64,000 bases of DNA from Macrostomum lignano (taxonomy: Eukaryota), in NCBI GenBank assembly GCA_002269645.1, contig NIVC01000035.1:372001-436000 (forward strand), in the 5' to 3' direction. This document shows, piece after piece, positions 54,376 through 64,000 of the stretch. The notes under the pieces are model-generated. The model did no database searches. It saw nothing but the letters and a program-made list of their open reading frames with translations, and was not told the DNA's origin. A program made the position numbers and the translations under genes. Position 1 is the stretch's first letter. Each line of letters begins with the position of its first letter.

Positions 54376-55542
54376 GTTAGGCTTTCTGTTCTCCGGGGTC
54401 TTAATTTATCCGGGGGACACTGCAAAGCAAAATTATTGTCGCTTTGCGATAACCTACCCTGGATAATCCAAGGCACAACAAAATCGGGCTTTGAAATATC
54501 CTGGGTCTTAAATTGTCCGGGGTGAATAAAGATTGGTGGTCAAGTTATTTACCTGATAAAGCGCATGTGAATGGGGCAGGACATCATTTCGAGAGAATGG
54601 GGCTGACTCAGAGGCCAGGGAAGGGCCCTGACTGCACCTTAGACAGGGGAGGGGCAGATGAGGTGCAGTCTAAGAATAAATCGATAATGGACTGGCGTCA
54701 CATTGCTAGCACTACAAGCGTACGTGCAATGAAGATGAGTGTACGAGCTAATAGCACACAAGGGAAAGTGTTGCGCAAATTACGAGTATATTACACGTAA
54801 CTTTTAAGATATACAGAGTTTATTTCTTGTCGAAGTTCTAAGTTCAGGAAAATTTATCTCTCGATGGCTAAAGTATCGCTGAACCAAGTGTTCTTTATGT
54901 TTTGAACGAGTATGTTGAGCTTCCGGAAAATTCCAGTACGAAAGAGAGAGATAATCTAAAAAGAAAAATGAGAGAAAAGAGCAAAAACTTCACGCTTCAT
55001 TCAGCGGATGGCCTGTTTTTGATTGATCGAATTACATGTATGAATAGATTGGTGAATCAAGTAACAGTTTTTCGGCTGACAATGTATAGTATCAATAGCT
55101 TTAATTTTGCTTCTGTTTGGAGTGTGAAATGCAAGATAGTGATTGAAAATACACTCGGTTAAATAAGCATGACGCAGATGTTTGCCAATTGAAAAAGTAG
55201 CAAAAATGTTTTCTTACTTTGCCTTTCCTAACCCCGGATATCAGTAGCCGGATGTCCTAAAGCAAACCTCTGTCTCCGCAGACTGACCCCTCTCTTTCAA
55301 CCTACAGTCGGATGTCCTACGACAACTTCCCCTTCTTGTGATCTCCGGGCCGGATAGCAGAGTCAGTGCCGTAGGATGTCCGGGAGAGACATCTCAAAGT
55401 GCCCGGACAATGCAAAGCAGCTCAAGATATCCGGTTAGGAGAAAACAAAGCAGGCTTTTTGCTTGGCAGTATCCGGGCGGATATCGTAAGTGCGTTCGGA
55501 TATCCGGGCCAGACAAAAAAACCCCGGAAAGTCTAAACTGTA
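54376..55542. mobile_element. Probable DNA transposon/MITE inserted in the pseudogene intron
   Basis: Absent from the paralogous intron at 58670-58960. Right end (rc) TA|CAGTTTAGACTTTCCGGGGT, left end degenerate ttaggctttc..ccggggt. Many ccggata/tccggg subterminal motifs. Weak integrase-N-terminus-like peptide at ~54865-55020. Confidence 0.5.
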
Positions 55543-55799
55543 ACAGCGGAGATAGAGAGGGTACATGCAGAGGGCGGGGGTAGAGGCGGATATAGAGGTT
55601 AGAGATGGAGGGCTGGAGGTAGCTTGTAGTAGGTGTGGGGCAGTGTACATCTGCCTCCATCTCTCCCTCTAATTTCCCCTCTCTGTCTCGCTCACTTGGT
55701 CCGGCGTTATAACTGCACCGTACAACAGCAAAAACAACAAAAGCAACAAAGACAACAACAAAAAACAACAAAAACAGCAACAACAACAGCAACAACAGC

Positions 55800-56042
55800 A
55801 ACTGGTTACGGTCGAGGCGCTGCAGCTCCGCTGTGTGGCCTCCCGGGTCACAGGCGTCATGAACCGCGTGCTCGTCGGCGCTCCTGCGCCCACCACCGAG
55901 TGGACCGTCGCGCACATCGTGCCGATCCCGAAGAAGGCATTGACAACGCGGAAAGAAGACCACCGCGGGATCTCGCTGATGTCCTGCACCCCGAAGCTCT
56001 TCAACCGGCTTCTGCTCGATCGTCTGCAGTCGGTGCTGGACC
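55800..56042 (+). mobile_element. Internal fragment of a non-LTR retrotransposon reverse transcriptase (RTE-like)
   Basis: VTVEALQLRCVASRVTGVMNRVL..EWTVAHIVPIPKKALTTRKEDHRGISLMSCTPKLFNRLLLDRLQSVLD matches the LINE RT domain 0-1 pattern W..A.IVPIPKK...(N/D)YRGISL.S..K.(F/Y)NR.L..RL. Confidence 0.8.
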
Positions 56043-56138
56043 GGAGATAGAGGGGTTAAAAGTAGAAGGGCCGAGGTAGACATAATGAAGGTATAAAACC
56101 GAGAAGTCTAATTGCACTCTGTAAAACATGAAGCGTGG

Positions 56139-56310
56139 CACACACCCTCAATTACCCCAGCTAATGCTGGCACCCATTTTACAGCTGGGTGAACTGAAGC
56201 AATGCAAAAGTTAAGTGTCTTTCTCAAGAATACAAGTTGTTCTAGTGCGATCGGAAATCGAACCCCCAACCATCAAGTCGTGAGTCCGATGCTCTCACCA
56301 CTAGGCTACA
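56139..56310 (-). mobile_element. tRNA-derived SINE with a CORE/MIR-like central region
   Basis: On the minus strand: A box TGTAGCCTAGTGG at the 5' end (56310) and B box GGTTCGAT (~56265-56258). The body resembles the MIR/CORE motif cccattttacag..aactgag..gttaagtgacttgcccaag. A second copy lies at 4916-5035. Confidence 0.8.
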
Positions 56311-56715
56311 AACCCTCACTCAAAATGAGATCACGCAAGTGTAACTAATGATTGTATGTTATCATACTCGAAATTCTATTAATTCTTTTTGAAATTGAAA
56401 CCACCTGGTGCCTAAAATAGCGGCTAGAAAACCTATTTTTATTCTATTTTTATCTAGTAGAAGTTTAAGAAAAGGATGTCACTCTGGAATCTTACTTGGA
56501 TAAGCTACCTGAGCCAATTAAATTTATTTATTCTATGAAATATAACAGGAGCCAGAATTAACTGCGCCCACTAAGCTAATGTTAAGCTGCCGGACTAATA
56601 GGAACACCTGGACTCTACTTCTGCTGTTTCACTCGCAATGGCTTGTTCTCATTCTCAATGTCGTGTCAGTAGCGGTCATGCGTATTGCACATTGGTGCCT
56701 ACAATTGACGGCATT

Positions 56716-59540
56716 ATGATGGTGGATCCTGGTATGAAACCAGTTATTATTGCATAAAACTATATTCTCATACCGTCACGAACTACATGTAGATAACTCC
56801 CGTCCGAACCTCTTTCAACTCTCCCGTTACAGTGACTTCGGAGCCGGAATATGTAGAGATTGAAAAAATTACTCCAGCTTCACCTCCGCCGCGACCGCCG
56901 AGACACGGAAAAACGTCACCTCCGCAAACTCCACCACAACCTCCACCTAAACCTAGACCACAACCTCCACCTAAACCTAGACCACAACCTCCACCTAAAC
57001 CTAAACCACAACCTCCACCTAAACCTATACCACAACCTCCACCTAAGCCACAACCTCGACCACAACCTCGACCACAACCTCGACCACAAACTCCACCACA
57101 ACCTCAACCACAACCTCAACCACAACCTCGACCACAACCTCGACCACAACCTCAACCACAACCTCGACCACAACATCCACCACCTACTGCACAACCACAT
57201 TGGCAAGCATATCCAAAGCGTAACGTCTGTAAAGGTTTCTGCAACTGCTTCAAAAGCAGAAATTGCGCCTGGTCTTTGGTTGCATTTTTTCTTCATTTGC
57301 TGTTGGCCTGTGGTCTGACATTGACCGTAGTGCTTTTTGGCCCGCTGCGGCTGTTAAAGGATAATGGACTGGTGAGCTGACACTGAAAATGGTAAAAAGA
57401 ATGGGATTTTAGGCGAAAGAAAATATATTTTCAGCTAAAAATTCTGCAAATTCTAGATAATAAATTCTGAGATTCTTGGCAGAAAATTCTGTAGATTCTG
57501 GGCAGAAAATTCTGTAGATTCTTGGCAGAAAATTCTGTTAGATTCTTGGCAGAAAGTTCTGTAGATTCTGGGCAGAAAATTCTGTAGATTCTTGGCAGAA
57601 AATTCTGTAGATTCTTGGCAGAAAATTCTGTAGATTCTGGGCAGAAAATTCTGTAGATTCTGGGCAGAAAATTCTGTTAGACTCAAGGCAGAAAATTCTG
57701 TAGATTCTTGGCAGAAAATTCTGTAGATTCTGGGCAGAAAACTCTGTAGATTCTTGGCATAAAGTTCTGTAGATTCTGGGCAGAAAACTCTGTAGATTCT
57801 TGGCATAAAGTTCTGTTAGATTCTTAGCAGAAAGTTCTGTAGATTCTGGGCAGAAAATTCTGTAGATTCTGGGCAGAAAATTCTGTTAGACTCAAGGCAG
57901 AAAATTCTGTAGATTCTTGGCATAAAGTTCTGTAGATTCTGGGCAGAAAACTCTGTAGATTCTTGGCATAAAGTTCTGTTAGATTCTTGGCAGAAAGTTC
58001 TGTAGATTCTGGGCAGAAAATTCTGTAGATTCTGGGCAGAAAATTCTGTTAGACTCAAGGCAGAAAATTCTGTAGATTCTGGGCAGAAAATTCTGTAGCT
58101 TCTAGGCAGAAAATTCTGCAAAATTTACTACGATTTAGTCTACGGCAGATTCATAGTAATGAAGGGATAGATTCGTCATGGAAAATTGAAAAATTCAGGG
58201 AAGAATGAAAGGAATATTTAGTGGACGAAAATTAGGATAATTATATAGACAGACGAAGTTAACTAAAGCTAATCATGTGTTGTTCCTGATTCATTAGTTA
58301 GCTAACTATTCAGTAGAAAACTCCCCCACACCAACACGGCGCAGGTACGAGTATCACAAGAGTGGATCAACTTGTCGTCGAATTTCGAGTCTCCAAGCCT
58401 CACGGGTCTTGGCTGTAAGTCCATTTGCCGGGCATATGAATTGCTTACTCAGCAATTACGTCTATAGTATACAATTATTTTCTTGGCCTGAACTTCCATA
58501 TTTTCTGGCGTACATTTAGCCAGCAAATTGTTTAACAAAACTGGTCTTTCGTCAACCGTCAATGTTTGACATAAACACATGAAGCCGCTACTTTGCCAGT
58601 CTGAATTATACCCGTGCACAAAAATTATATTTAGTCATTCAATTCACTGTTTATAGCACACTTACTTGAAGTGCGAAGGTAGAGGAGTGAAGATAGAGGG
58701 TGAAGGTAGATTTAGAAGGCGGGGTAGAGGACAGAGGTATAGAGGGGCGAAGATAGAGAGGGTGTAGTTAGAAGGGCGGAAGTAAAGGGCGGAGGTAGAG
58801 AGCGGAGATGGAGGGGGCGGAGATAGTGGGGGTGTAGTTAGAAGGGTGAAGGTAGAGGGCGGAGGTAGATTGTGGACTTACGAGCGTAGAAGGGCGGAGG
58901 TAGATATAATGAAGGTATAAAATATGAGATGCCCAATTGCACTTTGCAAAACACGAAGCCCGACAGCCGGGAACTACAAGCAACTTTTTCAACTGAAGCC
59001 AAACTATTTTCAGTACAAACTCGCTGCTAAGCCAAACAAAGATTGATTGCTCACCTGCCAATGCCCCAACTTCAGCCGTGAACTTCGCCGCAATCGACCC
59101 GTCTATTAAGATGGTCAAGATTGAAGAGGACGAAAACGGCCAAAGAAGCAAAATACTCATCAAACAGGGTGGTCTGTTCCGCATCAATTTCAATGTGAGT
59201 AGAAGCTCAACCTCACTGAAAGTAGCAGATCTTATTTGATTCTTATCTGATTTATATTTAGTCATTAATTAAAAAGACCTTATATTTCCAGGTAAATTTT
59301 GATTGCAAGAACGGCGTAACTACTGTTCAATCGAGAGTTCAATATTCGACGCCGAAGCATCAGGAGTCCCAAAAACTGCACGAGTGCATGCGAAAATGGA
59401 TTGGTCAGTCAAGCCGCGATTTAATTGTGTGCAGTTTCAGCATAGTTCGTCCACTAACGGTCAATAGTTGGCTGCAGTTGCAGTTTTCTAGATATAACTG
59501 CAAAAATAACTTTACTGTAAGCTTGGAGAGAATGGTTTAA
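56716..59540 (+). CDS. Type II membrane TNF-like ligand with a proline-rich cytoplasmic tail; one apparent 1-nt frameshift
   Basis: Exons 56716-56731, 56833-57371, 58317-58344, 58967-59194, 59292-59540 have consistent phases if one extra A at ~59038-59040 is removed. No signal peptide. PPPKP/PQP tail and a single TM (AWSLVAFFLHLLLACGLTLTVVLF). C-terminal beta-rich domain with SKILIKQGGLFRINFN|VNF and VCSFSIVRPLTVNSWLQLQF, a TNF homology domain-like strand pattern. Family assignment by motif only. Confidence 0.6.
57440..58130. repeat. 23-bp minisatellite (ggcagaaaattctgtagattct[t/g])
   Basis: About 30 units in intron 2 of the TNF-like gene. Confidence 0.95.
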
Positions 59541-59654
59541 CAAATTTTTGCATTCGTGAATTGTGCCATATAAGCCTTAAAGAGAAATAGATTTACAGCC
59601 AGAGTCCCAGTCAGCCAGCCCACTTATCTGCCCACTTATCACTGACTCTTTTTA

Positions 59655-59935
59655 AATTCTAAAGACTTCCTCAGCCCCGTCTTGCCCCACCCCTCCACTA
59701 GAGCGTCTCCTTCCTACCCCACCGTACATTCATTTAATAGCTGCGTACAAACCCGCCCCTCCTTTTAAAGCGCCCACCCCAATTTTCTCGTCCTCTCGTC
59801 TTTATACCACTTCAAATTCTAAAGATTTTCTCACCCCTGCTTGCTCACCTCCTCACTAGAGCGTCGCCTTCCTACCCCTCACTGTACATTCATCCAATGG
59901 CTGTGTACAAATCCACCCTCCCCTTAAAGCCCCCC
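59655..59935. repeat. Imperfect ~160-bp tandem duplication
   Basis: ttctaaaga..cactagagcgtc.ccttcctacccc..gtacattcat occurs at ~59657 and ~59816. Confidence 0.7.
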
Positions 59936-60099
59936 ACTAATCTCCTCATCAAATTAGCTATTTAACTCAATTTGTATTTCATCAGTGTACATTTTTCTCC
60001 AGTGAGTGTACTGCTTAAAAATCGTTAATTGTCGACAGTTACTTATGCTTTAGATATCAAAGTGCTTATCAATTAACACTTTATAGTTAACATTAACAA

Positions 60100-60850
60100 T
60101 GTCCATGTCCTACCCGTTTTGCCTGCTGAGTTTTATTGACCATGCTTGTATATAACAGGCGCTTGTATTTTTCATCATGCAGGTATTCGTGAAATGAACT
60201 CAGTTCAGAGCGCGTTAAATTCCTAAATATCATTTTTGTGCTTAATTTTTGCAGTAAAATATTTTTGTACACACAATTGGCTTTCATTCATGTTTTGAGC
60301 TACTTTGAGTAGGTTAATTCTGTTTACCGCTAAAATCATCTGAATACATCTAAATACATTTTGTAACTGCTTGTTGTTGTTTAAATTTATTTTTTCTCAA
60401 GGCGTTTGTTACCTTATCATTATCTCAATGGCGCAATTGTGTCATGGAAAAGTACAATTATAGAATCATTATCATGAATCTTGTAGCAGCAGCCAAAACA
60501 CGTGATCCAATGGTTACTAAGCAAGTATTGCATTGGAGTGAATCATCCAAACCCGATAGCCCAAAAGCAGCGCATAGTTTACATTCGAAAGATTTGAAAA
60601 TACAGTGTGGCATCGAAACGGAGTTATAAAAACCGAAAATAGCTTCTTTAAATACTTGGTAAGCTTTTTGGCATCCTTGGCAGTAGTTTCTTATCTAGCC
60701 CAACAGATCAAAGCAAACGTTGGCAGCAAGACTTTGCAAATTGGCAACACAGTTTTATTAGTATACGGTGGTTTTGCTTGGTTGAATCAAAAGAGAAGGT
60801 CAATAGTCCATTTTTCAACTTCATTGAACCTAACGATGTACTAATATGTA
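60100..60850 (-). mobile_element. Possible highly decayed LINE (CR1/L2-like) 3' remnant
   Basis: Stop-interrupted minus-strand peptides (KTVLPICKVLLPTFALICW; AFGLSGLDDSL; FRNLTRSELSSFHEYL) loosely resemble the post-RT region of CR1/L2 ORF2. Weak. Confidence 0.25.
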
Positions 60851-61094
60851 ACGGAAGTCTAGCCTTTAAAGTCAACAATTTTTAAACATTTATTTTCCTT
60901 TTCTTACTACTGGCTTGAGTAGACAGTTCAGAGTGCAAAAATACAGCTATTTTTATTAACAGACAGCCAATCAGAATTGAAGCCATCTTTAATATAAATA
61001 TTGCATCTTTACACGGATTTATCTTAGCAAAGATTTTAGTAACTGCTACAGTCCTACAATTACATTGAGCCTCACATGCGCTGACTTAACTACA

Positions 61095-63403
61095 ATGGCT
61101 AATAATACAGTAAAGTTCAGCAAAGAGCAGGACAATGTATACTTCACCATAGTATCGCTGACCGGTGAACAATCGCAGCCGTCACCGCAGCTGCCTGCCC
61201 CAGGTACCAGCAATGAACTTCCGCCTTCAATTCTCTTGTCGTCATCGCCAATTCCAGAAGCCTCTACGTCACATGGCCGCCGGTTCGAGCAGAATCGACA
61301 GGCAAAAACTCGGATGACCTCAAGTAGAGGTTCGCAGAGGTCTTCGTCGTTCTTTGCCAGACGGCAGAAGCAGCAACACCAGGAGCAGCAGCAGATGAAA
61401 CAGCAGTCTAGTCTGCGCCAGCAGGATAAACGAGGTGCCCGGACTCCTTCGTCGAGACAATCGTCGGGAACTCGAAGGTCTGGAAAGTCTCGAAGCAGTG
61501 CTCGAAATTCGCAGGAGCGTCGCCAGCTGTCAATCATCAATACCACATCCTTCATCGTGTTCATGGCCAACCTACTGGCAACCATGGCTGTCCTGGCCAT
61601 GTTCTCGTCTGACTTCGCTGCCCTGACTGCTGCAGGCGGGGAGCCCAGCGATGAAGCTGAAAGTGAACAGGTATTTAGTCTGATTTGTTTTGGGGAGGGA
61701 GCTAGGGAGAGACAGGCGTTGCGAGGAAGAGAGGGGAGAGGAGAGGAAGAGTGGGAGAGAGGGAGAGTGGGAGAGAGGGAGAGTAGGAGAGAGGGAGAGT
61801 GGGAGAGAGGGAGAGTGGGAGAGAGGGAGAGTGGGAGAGAGGGAGAGTGGGAGAGAGGGAGAGTGGGAGAGAGGGAGAGTGGGAGAGAGGGAGAGTGGGA
61901 GAGAGGGAGAGTGGGAGAGAGGGAGAGTGGGAGAGAGGGAGAGTGGGAGAGAGGGAGAGTGGGAGAGAGGGAGAGTGGGGGAAAGGGAGGTGGGGGAAAG
62001 GAGAGAGTAGGGAGAGAGGAGAGAGAGTAGAGGGAGAGGGAGAGAGGAGAGAGGGGGAGAGAGAGAGAGAGAGAGGGGTAGAGGAAGAGAGGGGTAGAGG
62101 AAGAGAGGGGTAGAGGAAGAGAGGGGTAGAGGAAGAGAGGGGTAGAGGAAGAGAGGGGTAGAGGAAGAGAGGGGTAGAGGAAGAGAGGGGTAGAGGAAGA
62201 GAGGGGTAGAGAGGAAGAGGAGGAGGTAGAGGAGAGAGAGGGAAGAGAGAGAGGAAGAGAGGGGTAGAGGAAGAGAGGGGAGAGGAGAGAGAGGGAGAGA
62301 GAGAGGAAGAGAGGGGGAGAGAGAGAGAGGGGAGAGGGAGAGAGGGGGAGAGGAGAGGGGGAGAGAGAGAGGGAGAGAGGAGGGAGAGGACAGAGAAGGA
62401 GAGAGAGGGAGGGGGAGAAGACAGAGAAGGAGAGAGAGGGAGGGGGAGAAGACAGAGAAGGAGAGAGAAGGAGAGAGGGGGAGAGGACAGAAAAGGAGAG
62501 AGAGAGGGAGAGAGGGGGAGAGGACAGAGAAGGAGAGAGAGAGGGAGAGAGGGGGAGAGGACAGAGAAGGAGAGAGAGGGAGAGAAGGGGAGAGGACAGA
62601 GAAGTGAGCATGCAGTTGTCAATCAGAATGGAATGCCGCACCCGCAGGCTTGGCTCAGTCTGTCAATCGGCAGAAGCCGGATCTGTCAGACAAGCGAGGA
62701 CACAGAATGTCACCGCCAAGATCAAAGCACCTATTTTTCGGGGGGTGAGCATGGTTGCATGTACATATGAATAGTTTTTATGCCCTAAAATCAATTCATA
62801 GTCATATTTCAAGTCTATTGACTTGGGCGTATTCTAACGATTTGAACTTATTTTGTCATTTCTTTTTAAGCGAAGTTGAAAATCTTGTTAGCAAGTTCAG
62901 CTTCAGAAAATCTGGTGTGCAAAATTCAAGAAATTTTTAAGTAAATTGCTGCACTGATTGCAATCTGTCTTTGACCAGAATTTTAGTAGAGAAATCAAAT
63001 GCTTTGCTGGTGTTTAAGGCCAGGCCATATCAATGCTTTCTAGAGGGACAGTAGTGTGCACAAGAGTGCCTATAATGTAGGGTGTGACAAGATCGCCTAT
63101 ACCGTATAGGGTGTGACAAGAGTGCCTATATTGTATGGGGTGTGACAAGAGTGCCTAATGAAGAGTGACGAGGTTCACTACATATTGCTTTTCTGCACAT
63201 CATGAGAACAGTTGCAACCAAACAAAGATCTCCAACTCATCCGCAATCGCATAGTGAACTCAATCGGCCCCCTGACGTGCAGCGACTGGTCTAAGCACTC
63301 TGCCAACTGTGAAAACGGCATCCGTGGTCCTCTGTACAAACTGATTGGCAACTCCAACCGGATCCAGGTTGCTAGGGATGGCTACTACAGGATATACATG
63401 ATG
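61095..63403 (+). CDS. Second type II membrane TNF-like ligand (3' end beyond the window)
   Basis: Exons 61095-61670, 62616-62744, 63212-63403, all phase 0. Basic/Ser-rich cytoplasmic tail, one TM (IINTTSFIVFMANLLATMAVLAMF), RQAR furin-type site before NVTAKI, then CSDW and NRIQVARDGYYRIYMM (TNF/EDA-like IxVxxxGxYxIY strand). Donor gtgaga at 63404. Confidence 0.65.
61735..62602. repeat. Purine-rich compound array (16-bp gggagagagggagagt, then 16-bp gaggggtagaggaaga, then GA-rich)
   Basis: Fills intron 1 of the second TNF-like gene. Confidence 0.93.
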
Positions 63404-63444
63404 GTGAGATGAGATGGACTGCCCTACAGCCTCGGACATACATG

Positions 63445-63950
63445 TACACCTCACTCCACCATGCACCCACCTCACTCCACTATACACCCACCTCACTCCA
63501 CTATACACCCATCTCACTCCGCTATACACCCACCTCACTCCACTATACACCCACCCACTCCACTATACACCCACCTCACTCCTCTATACACCCATCTCAC
63601 TCCGCTATACACCCAACCCACTCCACCGTGCACCCACCTCACTCCACTATGCACTCAACCCACTCCACCGTGCACCCACCTCACTCCACCGTGCACCCAC
63701 CTCACTCCACCTTGCACCCACCTCACTCCACCGTGCACCCACCTCACTCCACCGTGCACCCACCTCACTCCACCTTGCACCCACCTCACTCCACCGTGCA
63801 CCCACCTCACTCCACCGTGCACCCACCTCACTCCACCGTGCACCCACCTCACTCCACTATACACCCACCCACTCCACTATACACCCACCCACTCCACTAT
63901 ACACCCACCACTCCACCATGCACCCACCTCACCCCGCTATACACCCTTCC
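63445..63950. repeat. 21-bp minisatellite (cacccacctcactccaccgtg)
   Basis: About 24 units starting ~40 bp after the donor at 63404. Confidence 0.93.
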
Positions 63951-64000
63951 TCCTCTAAACCTAAAAGTACTTCAGGCTACTTACTACCATATAAAAGTTC

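Larger units (their letters stand above)
52120..56135 (+). pseudogene. Truncated, frameshifted duplicate of the Pro-rich type II TNF-like ligand gene
   Basis: Homologous to 56716-58960. The start exon reads atagggttggatcctg|gtgaag (ATG lost). Exon 2 (~52237-52537) shifts frame in the Pro tract. The mini-exon at ~53900-53929 is 29 nt versus 28 nt. Homology stops at 56135, just before the acceptor of the TNF-domain exon, where a SINE sits. Confidence 0.7.

Noticed and set aside
55394-56083. 229-aa minus ORF and 148-aa plus ORF over the RT fragment
   Set aside because: GC-rich antisense and off-frame read-through of the RT piece and the (CAA)n tract. No independent gene features.
56240-56310. 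tRNA gene candidate (A and B boxes)
   Set aside because: No acceptor stem or cloverleaf is evident, and the sequence continues into a SINE body repeated at 4916-5035.
40967-64000. CHMP7 next to TNF-related genes, as human CHMP7 neighbours TNFRSF10A
   Set aside because: The human neighbours are receptors, which are unrelated to the ligand fold, so this is coincidental.

Overview
Eukaryotic (invertebrate) genomic DNA with GC-rich exons, GT-AG introns and AT-rich intergenic sequence. Almost every long intron is filled by its own minisatellite. This architecture suggests a flatworm such as Macrostomum, but that is inference only. Genes I could splice by hand: the last exon of RSPRY1 (+); a secreted PAN/apple + LamG-like protein (-); TTC39 (-, 8 coding exons, one apparent 1-nt frameshift); AP1M1 (+, 6 exons, intact 422 aa); CHMP7 (+, 5 exons, ~509 aa); and a tandem cluster of divergent type II membrane TNF-like ligand genes at 51.9-64 kb. 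The cluster holds one truncated pseudogene copy, one full copy with a Pro-rich tail and a 1-nt frameshift, and one copy with a furin-like site that runs off the window. Also present: two copies of a tRNA-derived SINE, a non-LTR RT fragment, probable DNA transposon/MITE remnants and about 25 tandem arrays. Most long ORFs in the supplied track are repeat artefacts. No rRNA, tRNA gene or CRISPR array. Best leads: the TNF-like cluster; complementary minisatellites flanking the frameshifted, frame-symmetric TTC39 exon 7; and a sense-strand AATAAA array in the last CHMP7 intron.
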